Source: Alphaproteobacteria bacterium
Lineage (GTDB): Bacteria; Pseudomonadota; Alphaproteobacteria; Rickettsiales; JABCZZ01
Direction of reading: 5' to 3'
Assembly (NCBI GenBank): GCA_035906055.1
Contig: JAMIFV010000013.1
Span: 2,535-66,534 of the forward strand
DNA: 64,000 nt
The notes below the pieces were generated by a model, which was not told the DNA's origin, searched no databases, and worked only from the letters and a program-made list of their open reading frames with translations. Made by a program: the position numbers and the translations under genes. How positions within the stretch are numbered: position 1 is the stretch's first letter; each line of letters begins with the position of its first letter. Positions 46,545-56,097 of the stretch are shown piece after piece.

Positions 46545-47124
46545 CTATCGTCCCCAGAATGCCTTTGTTTTTCGGTTTGATCACGGCGGATTCCCCTTCC
46601 GCAGGGGATTTGTTCTCCGCCTTGTTCTGCTTGATGCGTTCGGCTTCCCTGGCGGCATCCACCGTGGGTTCGGTGTCGGTGGTGCCGCTGATGAGGTAGT
46701 TGTCATCCTTCACTACGAGGCCGTTCTCGGCGTCCTGTGTGATGCTTTTGCGAACATCGGGATTGGCATTGGCCGCGCCCGCCTTCTGCAGGAACTGGGC
46801 ATCGGCACTGGTTTGCAGGCTACCGGAGGTCACTTTGCCGACCGATGTATCCACTTTCAGGCTGTCAGGATTGGTTTGCGCCGTGCCCAGCACTGTGCTG
46901 CGCGCCTGCTGGTTGGCAGGCACTGCCGTGGGAGCATCGGTTTCGCTGCCCGGTGCGCGCAGGCTGAATTCGGGTGGAACGGTAAGGGCGGGGCGCGCAT
47001 AGACCCTGAATTCGTCAGGAGCCTTGCGGTTGAGACCAAGGGTTTCACGGACGCTCTTGGCTGAGCCGCACGAGATCAGCAAAGCGGAAACTACACTGAT
47101 TGCCAGCACGTTACGTAGGTACAT
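46531..47124 (-). CDS. DUF3035-family lipoprotein
   Basis: Lipobox LLISCGS. ...LGLNRKAPDEFRV..RP.L..PPEF.L..P. Confidence 0.65.
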   Translation of the reverse strand: MYLRNVLAISVVSALLISCGSAKSVRETLGLNRKAPDEFRVYARPALTVPPEFSLRAPGSETDAPTAVPANQQARSTVLGTAQTNPDSLKVDTSVGKVTSGSLQTSADAQFLQKAGAANANPDVRKSITQDAENGLVVKDDNYLISGTTDTEPTVDAAREAERIKQNKAENKSPAEGESAVIKPKNKGILGTIGDLF

Positions 47125-47653
47125 GGTCTTGGTTCTCCACGGTTTTTGGTTCTTGGGTCGGTTCGGCAGCCTCAGAAGGAGGGCACACTATACTGCCGAT
47201 TATCAGGATAACAACCCCCACAAATATGGTACTGTCGGCAAGGTTGAAAGCGGGCCAGTGATATCCCGCGATATGGAAATCAAGAAAATCCACCACCGCG
47301 CCATGCACGGCGCGATCCATGATATTGCCGATGGCGCCGCCGATGACACAGCCGAGCGCCAGAATGGTGGAACGTTCCTGCGCGCGCAGCAGCCATACGA
47401 GCATGAACAGGGAAATACAGGAGGTTAAGCCGATGAGCACCAGCGGCATCCATTCTTCCATGCTGTGGAGCATGCCGAAGCTCACACCCCGGTTCCAGGT
47501 GAGGACAATATTAAAAAATGAAGTAATTTCAACAGGCAGAATCGCGTTATCGTGCATCTGCAGGATGTAGTTTTTGCTCCACTGGTCAAGCAGGATGATC
47601 TCCGATGCTATCAGCAGACTCAGGAAACGGGTAAAGGTCAGGGAGCGTGGCAT
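47111..47653 (-). CDS. lspA: lipoprotein signal peptidase (signal peptidase II)
   Basis: LLDQWSK, NRGVSFG, GGAIGNIMDR, FNLAD. Confidence 0.9.
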   Translation of the reverse strand: MPRSLTFTRFLSLLIASEIILLDQWSKNYILQMHDNAILPVEITSFFNIVLTWNRGVSFGMLHSMEEWMPLVLIGLTSCISLFMLVWLLRAQERSTILALGCVIGGAIGNIMDRAVHGAVVDFLDFHIAGYHWPAFNLADSTIFVGVVILIIGSIVCPPSEAAEPTQEPKTVENQDHVPT

Positions 47654-47713
47654 AGCTCTGCATTACAAAACACGGTTGCCAAAGCCAAGCAGTTTATTTA
47701 TAAGGCCAGCATT

Positions 47714-48112
47714 ATGGATAGTTTGACATTCGATCTCGTTACCCCGCAGGCAACCTTTTTCTCCGGTCAGGTGAATATGGTGGAAGCGCCCGGCACCCTT
47801 GGTGATTTCGGCGTACTGCCGGGTCACATGCCTTTCATTTCCACGTTGCGCGCAGGCATCGTCACCATTCACGACGCCCGCAACAACCAGTCCAAGCTTT
47901 TTGTGGCCGGTGGCATTGCCGAAGTGAATGCGAAGTCCTGCACCATTCTTGCTGAACAGGTCGTAGACCTCGCCACTTTCTCCCGCACCGATGCGGAAGG
48001 CAGGCTTGCCAAGGCGAAAGAAGCGGCGAACACTGCGTTCGACGATAACGCCAAGGTGGTGGCTGCACACGAAATCGAAGTGGCCGAAGCTTTATTGCTC
48101 GCAATAAATTAA
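47714..48112 (+). CDS. atpC: F1 ATP synthase epsilon subunit
   Basis: FDLVTPQATFFSGQVNMVEAPGTLGDFGVLPGHMPFISTLRAGIV. ATG at 47714. Confidence 0.9.
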   Translation: MDSLTFDLVTPQATFFSGQVNMVEAPGTLGDFGVLPGHMPFISTLRAGIVTIHDARNNQSKLFVAGGIAEVNAKSCTILAEQVVDLATFSRTDAEGRLAKAKEAANTAFDDNAKVVAAHEIEVAEALLLAIN

Positions 48113-48318
48113 AAGGGGCGTCCCGCCCCCACTCGTGCATCCGCACTCGTTCCCCCTCTAAAGGGGTCGTCGTGAAGGACTCCTGCGCGCATACGGCATC
48201 GGCTTCTATTCCAGTGCATTGCAATTGGCGTGGAGGCGCGAAGCGACGATGACGCAGGGGAATTTATGCGGAGCATAAATGGGGGCATAATTAAAGAAAT
48301 GGGGGCAGCGTGCCCCCC
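48113..48318. repeat. family-A GC-rich palindromic element, copy A6 (full)
   Basis: Begins 1 nt after the atpC stop. ggggcgtcccgccccc, cgtgcatccgcacg, ccccctctaaaggggtcgtcgtgaaggactcc ... ggaggcgcgaagcgacgatgacgcagggg ... gggggcagcgtgcccccc. Confidence 0.8.
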
Positions 48319-48331
48319 GTAAAAAATATTT

Positions 48332-49348
48332 TTACGCCACCATGCGCGCCGTGTGCTGTACGGCGTGGCTGATGACCAGCGCAGGCGGCGCGGTGCTGGA
48401 TTTCAGCTCGCGTTCGATACGCAGCAGGGCATCCAGCGCCCTGGCGAGCGAGCGCGGCTGCCAGAGCGACAAGGCACGTTTCATCTTTGGCACGTATTTA
48501 AAGAACACCATAGGACGCAGGCTAGATACTGCCTGATCGAGCGGCATGCCGCCCGCCATATTGGCGCGCGCAAGATCCATGCGCTGGAAATGCCTGAGCA
48601 GTGAGCGGATAATGGCTACGGGCTGAGTGCCTTCATGCAGCATGTGCGCCAGAAGCTTCTGCGCCTGCATCAACTCACCGCAAGCCACAAAGTAGCAGAT
48701 ATCGTCCATCGTTTCGGAGGCGTTATAATCGGTAAGCAGCAACGCATGCTGCAATGTCACTTCTTTTTCGTCGCCCATATAGATGGCAATTTTGGCGAGC
48801 TCGTTATGCGTGACGCCGCGGTCATTGCCGAGATTACCCGCGAGGTAACGCATGGCATCGGGCGCGATGCCGAGGCCATAGCCCTGCAATGTGGTGCGTA
48901 TCACTTCGTCCAGCGTGCGGCCCTCGTCGCGGTAGCAGGGCAGTGCTGCCAGCGCGTCGGTGCGCTCGAACAGCCCGCGCAGCGATGACGTGCCGGAGAG
49001 TTCATCCGCTTCCACGATGAGGTAAGCGGAGAGGTTTTTGCTCTCCATGGCATCGTTGATGATGGGGGTAAGCTTGTCGGTGCCGTCCTGCACGATCACC
49101 ACGCGCTGCCCGCCCATGAGGCCGAGGGCGCAGAGTTCGTCCATCAGCAGCGCCGGGTCTTCCTTCAACCTGTCGGCGGAAAGCTCAATGCGGTTGAGGG
49201 GATCGGATTTCGGCCCCAGCATATGCGCGGTAATATGCTTGCTGCGCTCGCGCACGAGGCCGCTGTCAGGCCCGTACAGCAGCGTGGCTTTGGTCTTCTG
49301 GCCGGGATTCTTAAGAAAAAGCTCAATATCCTTAGTGGTCAGCTTCAT
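48332..49348 (-). CDS. holA: DNA polymerase III delta subunit
   Basis: LLYGPDSGLVRE..., size and position after lptE. Confidence 0.85.
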   Translation of the reverse strand: MKLTTKDIELFLKNPGQKTKATLLYGPDSGLVRERSKHITAHMLGPKSDPLNRIELSADRLKEDPALLMDELCALGLMGGQRVVIVQDGTDKLTPIINDAMESKNLSAYLIVEADELSGTSSLRGLFERTDALAALPCYRDEGRTLDEVIRTTLQGYGLGIAPDAMRYLAGNLGNDRGVTHNELAKIAIYMGDEKEVTLQHALLLTDYNASETMDDICYFVACGELMQAQKLLAHMLHEGTQPVAIIRSLLRHFQRMDLARANMAGGMPLDQAVSSLRPMVFFKYVPKMKRALSLWQPRSLARALDALLRIERELKSSTAPPALVISHAVQHTARMVA

Positions 49349-49872
49349 GGCGTGACCGGCTGCTTGCCCGCCAGGTAACCGGAAAGGCGCAACACGTAGT
49401 CTTCCGCCAGTTCCCTGAGCAGGCGTTCGTTCAGGTTGTCCTCGGCTTCGTAGGTGGCGAAGTTGGCGTTGGGCACCACGTTATAGCTGCTGGTGCGGCG
49501 GATGGTGCCGGTGAAGGGTTTTTCCTTCGTGTTATTGGGCGTGAGGGTGAAGTTGGTATCGAACTTAACATTGTAGCGCAGGATAGTGCCGTCACTGCGC
49601 ACGATGGAAGGCACCAGCGTGCGGGCGAGTTCCACCTGAAGCGTGTAGTCGGGTTTGTCTTTCACCGTACCCTGCGGGTTGAGGCGGTCTTCCAGAGACG
49701 CGCGCAGCACCTGAGCGAACCTGCCGCCACCGATGGGCGCCACAATCACGTTGCCCTGCACGATGGAAGCGTTTTCGGCCCTGGTGGCCGCATCGCCGTA
49801 CATCGGCTGGAAACCGCAACCGGCAAGGGAGAATGCAACCACAAGGATTAACGCATTAAGCCGCGACAACAT
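49345..49872 (-). CDS. lptE: LPS-assembly lipoprotein LptE
   Basis: Lipobox [12 protein letters not shown], conserved leuS-lptE-holA order. ATG 49872 overlaps the leuS 3' end by 17 nt. Confidence 0.8.
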   Translation of the reverse strand: MLSRLNALILVVAFSLAGCGFQPMYGDAATRAENASIVQGNVIVAPIGGGRFAQVLRASLEDRLNPQGTVKDKPDYTLQVELARTLVPSIVRSDGTILRYNVKFDTNFTLTPNNTKEKPFTGTIRRTSSYNVVPNANFATYEAEDNLNERLLRELAEDYVLRLSGYLAGKQPVTP

Positions 49873-52570
49873 TGACGATTTTCCCCGGCACCACGATGAT
49901 TTTTTTGATCTGCTTACCTGCCAGGGTATCCTGCACATTCTTCTGGGAAAGCGCAAGCGATTCGAGCGCCTCTTTGGTGGCGTCATGTGCGGCTTTGAAG
50001 GTGGTGCGCAGCTTGCCGTTGATCTGCACGGCGATGGTGATCTCATCGTCCTGACAAAGCGCGGGGTCGGCTTTCGGCCAGGGGGTGCTCAGCAAGGTCT
50101 GCTTATGGCCGAGCAGCGCCCAAGCTTCTTCGGCAAAATGCGGGATGAACGGTTCGGCAAGGCGCAGCAGCGCTTCGAGCGCTTCCTTAAGTACAGGCGT
50201 AAGAGGCGAGGAGCGGGGAAATTCCTCGTTCGTGCCTCGTGCCTCGTTTCTCGCTACTTCCTCTATGACATTGGAAAGCTCGCGGATGCGCGCGACGGCC
50301 TTATTGAAATGGAAGTTCTCGATATGGCGGGTCACGTCGTTGATGGCTTTATGGGTCACGCGGCGAAGACCAAGCGTTGCTTCATCGGTCGCGGTGGGCG
50401 TGGCGGGCTGGCCGGTGATGACGGGCGCAAGGGTCTGCACCAGTTTCCACAGACGGTTGATGTAGCGCCATGCGCCGTCGATCCCGGCATCCGTCCATTC
50501 AAGGTCGCGGTCGGGCGGGCTGTCGGAAAGCATGAACAGGCGTGCCGTATCCGCGCCATAGGTTTCGATGATATGCCTGGGGTCCACCGTATTCTTTTTG
50601 GACTTGCTCATTTTTTCCGAGCGCCCAACCGTCACGGGCTTGCGCGTAGTGACATGCACGGCACCCGCGCCTTCCTTCACCACTTCGTCGGGCTGCAGCC
50701 ATTTACCGTCAGCGTCTTTATACGTCTCGTGGCAGATCATGCCCTGCGTCATCAGGCCGTTGAAGGGTTCGTCCGGCACGTTATAACCGCAAGCTTTGAG
50801 CGCGCGCGTGAAGAAGCGCGAATAGAGCAGGTGCAGAACCGCGTGTTCCACGCCGCCGATATACTGATCCACCGGCAGCCAGCGTGCCACGGCATCGTTT
50901 ATCGGTTGCGTATCGGGCAATGAGCAGAAGCGCGCGAAATACCATGACGATTCGAAGAACGTATCGAACGTATCGGTTTCGCGTTCTGCTTTTTTGCCGC
51001 AGGTGGGGCAATTCACATGTTTCCATGTGGCATGGCGGGCGAGCGGGTTGCCGGGCGTGTCGAAGGTCACGTCTTCCGGCAGTTTCACCGGCAGGTCTTT
51101 TTCAGGCACGGGCACAGCGCCGCAATCGTTGCAATAGATGATGGGAATGGGGCAGCCCCAGTAACGCTGGCGCGAAACGCCCCAGTCGCGCAGGCGATAG
51201 TTCACCTTGGCTTCGCCCATGTTCTTTTTGGCGAGTTCGGCAACGGCTTTTTCTTTGGCTTCATCGGAGGTGAGGCCGTTGAGGAACCCGGAATTGATCA
51301 TCGTGCCGTCGCCGGTATAGGCTTCCGCGCTTACATCGCCACCGCTGACCACGGGCAAAATGGGTTGGTTATATTTTTTGGCGAAGTCATAGTCGCGCTG
51401 GTCATGCGCGGGGCAGCCGAAAATGGCGCCGGTGCCGTAATCCATGAGCACGAAATTGGCGACGAAGAGTTTTACCTTGCGGTCTTCAAACGGATGCTGG
51501 ATCTCAAGGCCGGTATCAAAGCCTTTCTTTTCGGCTTTCTCTATCGCTTCTTCGCTCGTGCCGATGCGGTTGCATTCGTCGATGAAGGCTGAGAGTTCGG
51601 AGTTCAGAGTTCGGAGTTCAGTTGCAATGGGGTGGTTAGGAGAGATGGCACAAAAACTCATGCCAAAAAGTGTATCCGGCCTCGTAGTATAAATTTCCAA
51701 TTTAATGGGGAAAACGCTTTCCCCGCCTGCGCTGCGCGCAGTCTCCCCTTGCGGGGTCGTCGCTACGCTCCTCCACGACTCCGGCGAAATCTGTAAAATC
51801 ATTTTCGCGCCGACGGACTTACCTATCCATCTGTCCTGCATGATGCGGACCTTATCCGGCCAGTTCTCCAGCGTGGAAAGTCCCTGCAAAAGATCTTCAG
51901 CGAACTGCGTGATACGCAGGAACCACTGCGAGAGTTTGCGGCGCTCAACAAGCGCACCGGAGCGCCAGCCGCGCCCTTCGATCACCTGTTCGTTGGCGAG
52001 CACGGTATGGTCCACCGGGTCCCAGTTCACGTCGGCTTCCTTGCGGTAGGCGAGGCCAGCCTTCAGGAAATCGAGAAAGAATTTCTGTTCGTGCCTGTAA
52101 TACTCAGGGTCGCAGGTGGCGAGCTCGCGCGACCAGTCGTAAGACAGTCCTATGGTCTGCAACTGTTCGCGCATACTGGCCATATTTTTATATGTCCATT
52201 CGCGCGGATGCACATTGCGCTCTATCGCGGCGTTCTCGGCGGGCAGGCCGAACGCGTCCCATCCCATCGGGTGCAGCACGTCGAATCCGCAGCCCATTTT
52301 GTAACGCGCCACCACATCGCCCAGCGTGTAGTTGCGTACATGCCCCATATGGATGTTGCCCGACGGATAGGGGAACATCTCCAAGACATAGTATTTTTGT
52401 TTGTGGGGCACGCTGCCCCCGCTCGTGCTTTGCACTCGTTCGCCTGCGGGGTCGTCGCTGACGCTCCTCAGCCCATCCGGCGAAGCTTTAAAGCTGTTGT
52501 TATCTCTCCAGAAACGTTGCCATTTCTGTTCCGACTCGCGGAAGTTATAACGTGTATTGGCATCACTCAT
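49856..52570 (-). CDS. leuS: leucine--tRNA ligase, carrying two in-frame family-A repeat insertions
   Basis: [15 protein letters not shown] (HIGH), TTRPDT (editing domain), KMSKSKKN (KMSKS). Confidence 0.95.
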   Translation of the reverse strand: MSDANTRYNFRESEQKWQRFWRDNNSFKASPDGLRSVSDDPAGERVQSTSGGSVPHKQKYYVLEMFPYPSGNIHMGHVRNYTLGDVVARYKMGCGFDVLHPMGWDAFGLPAENAAIERNVHPREWTYKNMASMREQLQTIGLSYDWSRELATCDPEYYRHEQKFFLDFLKAGLAYRKEADVNWDPVDHTVLANEQVIEGRGWRSGALVERRKLSQWFLRITQFAEDLLQGLSTLENWPDKVRIMQDRWIGKSVGAKMILQISPESWRSVATTPQGETARSAGGESVFPIKLEIYTTRPDTLFGMSFCAISPNHPIATELRTLNSELSAFIDECNRIGTSEEAIEKAEKKGFDTGLEIQHPFEDRKVKLFVANFVLMDYGTGAIFGCPAHDQRDYDFAKKYNQPILPVVSGGDVSAEAYTGDGTMINSGFLNGLTSDEAKEKAVAELAKKNMGEAKVNYRLRDWGVSRQRYWGCPIPIIYCNDCGAVPVPEKDLPVKLPEDVTFDTPGNPLARHATWKHVNCPTCGKKAERETDTFDTFFESSWYFARFCSLPDTQPINDAVARWLPVDQYIGGVEHAVLHLLYSRFFTRALKACGYNVPDEPFNGLMTQGMICHETYKDADGKWLQPDEVVKEGAGAVHVTTRKPVTVGRSEKMSKSKKNTVDPRHIIETYGADTARLFMLSDSPPDRDLEWTDAGIDGAWRYINRLWKLVQTLAPVITGQPATPTATDEATLGLRRVTHKAINDVTRHIENFHFNKAVARIRELSNVIEEVARNEARGTNEEFPRSSPLTPVLKEALEALLRLAEPFIPHFAEEAWALLGHKQTLLSTPWPKADPALCQDDEITIAVQINGKLRTTFKAAHDATKEALESLALSQKNVQDTLAGKQIKKIIVVPGKIVNVVAA
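51705..51790. repeat. family-A half-element, copy A7, in frame inside leuS (about residues 261-289)
   Basis: ggggaaaacgctttcccc gcctgcgctgcgcgcag tctccccttgcggggtcgtcgctacgctcctcca is nearly collinear with intergenic copy A5 (39718-39790). Confidence 0.75.
52403..52485. repeat. family-A half-element, copy A8, in frame inside leuS (about residues 29-57)
   Basis: ggggcacgctgccccc gctcgtgctttgcactcgtt cgcctgcggggtcgtcgctgacgctcctca is collinear with the left halves of A2 and A6. Confidence 0.75.
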
Positions 52571-52579
52571 GGGGACGCC

Positions 52580-53104
52580 TTACCTGGACTGGGTCAGCCG
52601 CAGCTCACGCGCACGGGTAAGGATGGTGTCTTCGAGGTCACGGGCGACGCGCGGATTCACATCCATATCGCGCCACTGGCCTTTCTTGTCAGACTTCTGC
52701 TTGAACAGCGTCACCTTGATGCCGTCGGAACGCAGGGTTTTATCCATGATCATGGCGTTCACCTTAAAGCGCTCGCCGGGTGCCTTGGGGTCTTCATACC
52801 AGTCGGTCAGCACCACGCCGCCGAAGGGGTCAACCGTGGAAAGGGGCATGAAAGAGAGTGTGTCGAGCGTGGCGCGCCAGAGAAAGCTGTTTACGCCGAT
52901 CTGTCCGCCCAGCGCGTCTTTGCTGCCGGAGCCGCCCATGGAGAGCAGGCCTTCGTCGCCGGTGAGGCTGCCGCGGCTTTCCTTGCGTTCATCTGTATCG
53001 CTCTTGGGAACGGAATATTGCCCGCCCTTGAACCAGCCGCAACCGGAAACGGTGGCAATTAACAGGATGCACAGTGATGCGCGAAGCGTTGAAGTATATT
53101 TCAT
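52580..53104 (-). CDS. DUF3576-family lipoprotein
   Basis: Lipobox ATVSGCG. Conserved position upstream of leuS in alphaproteobacteria, as I recall. Confidence 0.65.
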   Translation of the reverse strand: MKYTSTLRASLCILLIATVSGCGWFKGGQYSVPKSDTDERKESRGSLTGDEGLLSMGGSGSKDALGGQIGVNSFLWRATLDTLSFMPLSTVDPFGGVVLTDWYEDPKAPGERFKVNAMIMDKTLRSDGIKVTLFKQKSDKKGQWRDMDVNPRVARDLEDTILTRARELRLTQSR

Positions 53105-53388
53105 ATTGAACTTGTATAAGGAAGTTGGTCTCATATTGGCAACAGGATTTTACGGATTTGTTTTCCACCTGCGGTTGCTCAATGGCGTGAGTATTTGAAA
53201 CTGTGTGGGTTAGTGCCTGATAATGCTGAAAATATACGGCATATTGTGGTTTAATCAGCAGCCATGTATATTAGTAGTGTAATAAACATTGTAAAAAATT
53301 AATACACGCTTCATCGTTTGTTTAACAATAACGTGTAGAGTTAAACATCATAACCACAATAACATCTGCAAACGAGTACGGTAAAACC

Positions 53389-54642
53389 ATGTTACATCAG
53401 TTCGAGAATCACAGCCTGTATCACTTACATGAACTGCAGCACGCAGGCATGAAGCCGCTTAATATCATGGCGCAGGTGGGGCAGGTGTTTTACCGCAATC
53501 CGCTGCTGCCGTTCAATTACACGCAGGCAGGCAAACAGGCCGCCGCCGCCGCCGAACTGCTGGAGCGCATGACGCGCGAGTATCATAAGCCGGAATTCGG
53601 TATCAAGCATACGGAAATCAACGGCAAGAAAGTAGCGGTGCAGCAGAAAACCGTGACCGATGAACCGTTCTGCAAGCTCATCCATTTCGAACGCGCCACC
53701 AAAGCGGATTCACCCAGGCTGCTCATCGTAGCGCCGATGTCCGGCCACCACGCCACATTGCTGCGCGGCACGGTGGAAGCCATGCTGCCATTCGCCGACG
53801 TGTACATCACCGACTGGAAGGACGCGCGCAACGTGCCGGTTTCCGCCGGTAAATTCGATGTGGAAGATTACATCACCTACGTAATGGATTTCATCCGCCT
53901 GCTGGGCCCGAACGTGCATCTCATGGCGGTGTGCCAGCCTTCCGTGCCGGTATTCGCCGCTGCCGCCATCATGAACGAAGACAAGGACAAGCTGGCTCCC
54001 GCGTCCATGACGCTGATCGGCGGGCCGATCGACACGCGCGAAGCGCCCACCAAGGTGAACGAAGCCGCCAAGGAACATTCGCTTAAATGGTATGAATCGC
54101 ATCTCATCACCCGTGTGCCGGTGAACCATCCGGGTTTCATGCGCCGCGTATATCCGGGGTTCGTACAGCTCATGAGCTTCATCTCGCTCAACCTTGAGCG
54201 CCATTTCGATTCGCACCTGCAGTTCTTCAACCATCTGGTGGAAGGCGATGGTGAAAGCGCCGCCGCGCACAAGAAGTTCTATGACGAGTATCTCTCCGTG
54301 TGCGACCTTCCGGCGGAATTCTACCTGCAATCCATTGATGTGGTATTCCAGCGTCACCTGCTGCCCAAGGGCGAGATGACCTATCATGGCCGCAAGGTAA
54401 AACCGCAGGAGATCACCAGGACCGCGCTTCTGTGCCTTGAAGGCGAGCTGGATGACATTTCCGGTGTCGGCCAGACCAGGGCCGCCATTAAGCTGGCGAG
54501 CAACCTTGCTGCTTCCAAGAAGAAATACCATATGGAAAAAGGCGTGGGCCATTACGGCATCTTCAACGGTCGCAAGTTCCGCCAGAACGTAGTGCCCATT
54601 ATTGTGGACTTCATGAAGGATCACAGCGGCAAGAAAGCGTAG
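53389..54642 (+). CDS. phaZ: intracellular polyhydroxyalkanoate depolymerase
   Basis: N-terminus LYHLHELQHAGMKPLN and overall PHB_depo_C-like sequence of about 417 aa. Confidence 0.8.
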   Translation: MLHQFENHSLYHLHELQHAGMKPLNIMAQVGQVFYRNPLLPFNYTQAGKQAAAAAELLERMTREYHKPEFGIKHTEINGKKVAVQQKTVTDEPFCKLIHFERATKADSPRLLIVAPMSGHHATLLRGTVEAMLPFADVYITDWKDARNVPVSAGKFDVEDYITYVMDFIRLLGPNVHLMAVCQPSVPVFAAAAIMNEDKDKLAPASMTLIGGPIDTREAPTKVNEAAKEHSLKWYESHLITRVPVNHPGFMRRVYPGFVQLMSFISLNLERHFDSHLQFFNHLVEGDGESAAAHKKFYDEYLSVCDLPAEFYLQSIDVVFQRHLLPKGEMTYHGRKVKPQEITRTALLCLEGELDDISGVGQTRAAIKLASNLAASKKKYHMEKGVGHYGIFNGRKFRQNVVPIIVDFMKDHSGKKA

Positions 54643-54650
54643 AAAACGCT

Positions 54651-55235
54651 CTAATTGCTGGCGCTTTTTTTGTAGGATGAGAACTGTCCCAGCCTGCGGC
54701 GCAGCGCAACAGGCAGCAGTATATGCGACAAGGTGCGCATCCTCGGCGATTGCGCCATATCCCATACGAGCCTACGCAGCCCGGTATGTGCCGGATTTCT
54801 GTGCGTTGTCCGCCCGCCGGATTCAACCGTTTCATACAGCCGGGTTATTTCTTTCTGAAAATCTTCCACCGGCACCATCGCCTTCATATTGCAGATGGTG
54901 CAATATTCATCGAGCTTGCCGGTGAGCAATTCGTGGCGCAGATTCTGCGCCGACTCACTATTATAAACCTCTTCAAAGCTGCTGTTGGTCACATTGCCAA
55001 GCTCCACGAACGAAAAGCAGCACGGGCGCACGCGTCCGTCGCCCAGCACCTGCGCGAAGGTCCACGGATCGGTGCAGGAGCGCGTGTACCCGGCTTTGAG
55101 CGGCTTTACGTAGCTGCTCCTGTCGCCGCCCTGCACGTTCTTCTGCGCGTCCTTCCGGGCTGCGGGTTCTGCATCAGGCGGCAAGGGCATGGCTGCATTC
55201 CTTCTCAAACTGGTCAAGGCGCGGCAGGAAATCAC
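54651..55235 (-). CDS. SPASM-domain fragment, probably the C-terminal part of a frameshifted radical SAM/SPASM gene
   Basis: CTDPWTFAQVLGDGRVRPCCFSFVELGNV...EEVYNS...LR..L..G....YCTIC is the SPASM Cys pattern. The ORF overlaps the upstream rSAM ORF in another frame. Confidence 0.55.
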   Translation of the reverse strand: MISCRALTSLRRNAAMPLPPDAEPAARKDAQKNVQGGDRSSYVKPLKAGYTRSCTDPWTFAQVLGDGRVRPCCFSFVELGNVTNSSFEEVYNSESAQNLRHELLTGKLDEYCTICNMKAMVPVEDFQKEITRLYETVESGGRTTHRNPAHTGLRRLVWDMAQSPRMRTLSHILLPVALRRRLGQFSSYKKSASN

Positions 55236-55968
55236 CCGGCAGGCTGAGCGTCATGCCGTGGGCCTCGGCGAAAGCGATGGCTGCGCGCGTATCGCGAATC
55301 GCTTTATGTGCGGCATCGCCCTGCAATTTCCAGACCGGGGTTACGTTATTGGCGATATTGTCGTATTCCAGCAGGTCCTGCAGGCCGAACATGGATGCGT
55401 TCAGCGAAGCGGCATAGGCGGCCACATCCGCAAGCCCGGCGGTGATCTCGGCGTAATAGACGGCGGAGATGATCCATTCCGGCTCCGTTATGCGCAACCG
55501 TCTGGAAGCGGTTTTGATCTGCATGATATTGTATGTGATCGTACGGATGTCTACGGCTTTGCGGTATTGTTTCAGCGCCTGCTGGTCTACCGTATCTATG
55601 CTGATGGTCAGCATCTGGAACCGGGCGAACACTTCCGCTTCTTCAGGTGTGAGCACCTTGCCCAGGTTGACCGTTGCGCGCAGCGGTATGCCGGAATCGA
55701 GCATCCTGGTGCACTGGCCCGCCCAGCCGGGCGCCATGATGAGGTCGCCGCCGCCGGTAAGATTGATATAGGGTGGCTTGGTATGGCGAAAATATTCCAT
55801 CACATGCGCGACCATCTGTTCGGACATGAAGCGCGTAGGCTCGAAATCCGGACGGTTCTGGTGGCAATACACGCAGCGCAGATTGCATTTGTCGGTGAGC
55901 TCCAGCACAAAATTCGCCATGTGCGCGGGGGTCGCTTTCAGAAATTTCGTATCTATTTCCATATGCAT
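55174..55968 (-). CDS. radical SAM core domain protein (N-terminal part)
   Basis: ELTDKCNLRCVYCHQ is the CxxxCxxC cluster. INLTGGGDL is the SAM-binding GGE-like motif. Confidence 0.7.
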   Translation of the reverse strand: MHMEIDTKFLKATPAHMANFVLELTDKCNLRCVYCHQNRPDFEPTRFMSEQMVAHVMEYFRHTKPPYINLTGGGDLIMAPGWAGQCTRMLDSGIPLRATVNLGKVLTPEEAEVFARFQMLTISIDTVDQQALKQYRKAVDIRTITYNIMQIKTASRRLRITEPEWIISAVYYAEITAGLADVAAYAASLNASMFGLQDLLEYDNIANNVTPVWKLQGDAAHKAIRDTRAAIAFAEAHGMTLSLPGDFLPRLDQFEKECSHALAA

Positions 55969-56097
55969 TCGTGCGGATTGTGCCGGTCAGTAACGCTGAA
56001 ACCATAGACATACAGCGGTGTATGGCTATACTTGCAGGGTCAAATGGCAAGGTAGTAATGATTGCGCATTATTACAACTGCTAAATGGGGGGCATGT

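Noticed and set aside
51591-51621. A 7-bp unit (r-gagttc) repeated about four times inside leuS, not a multiple of three.
   Set aside because: The encoded segment ([18 protein letters not shown]) has the same length as the corresponding E. coli LeuS segment as I recall it, so it is not an insertion. It is probably a chance repeat, though it could be slippage-prone.
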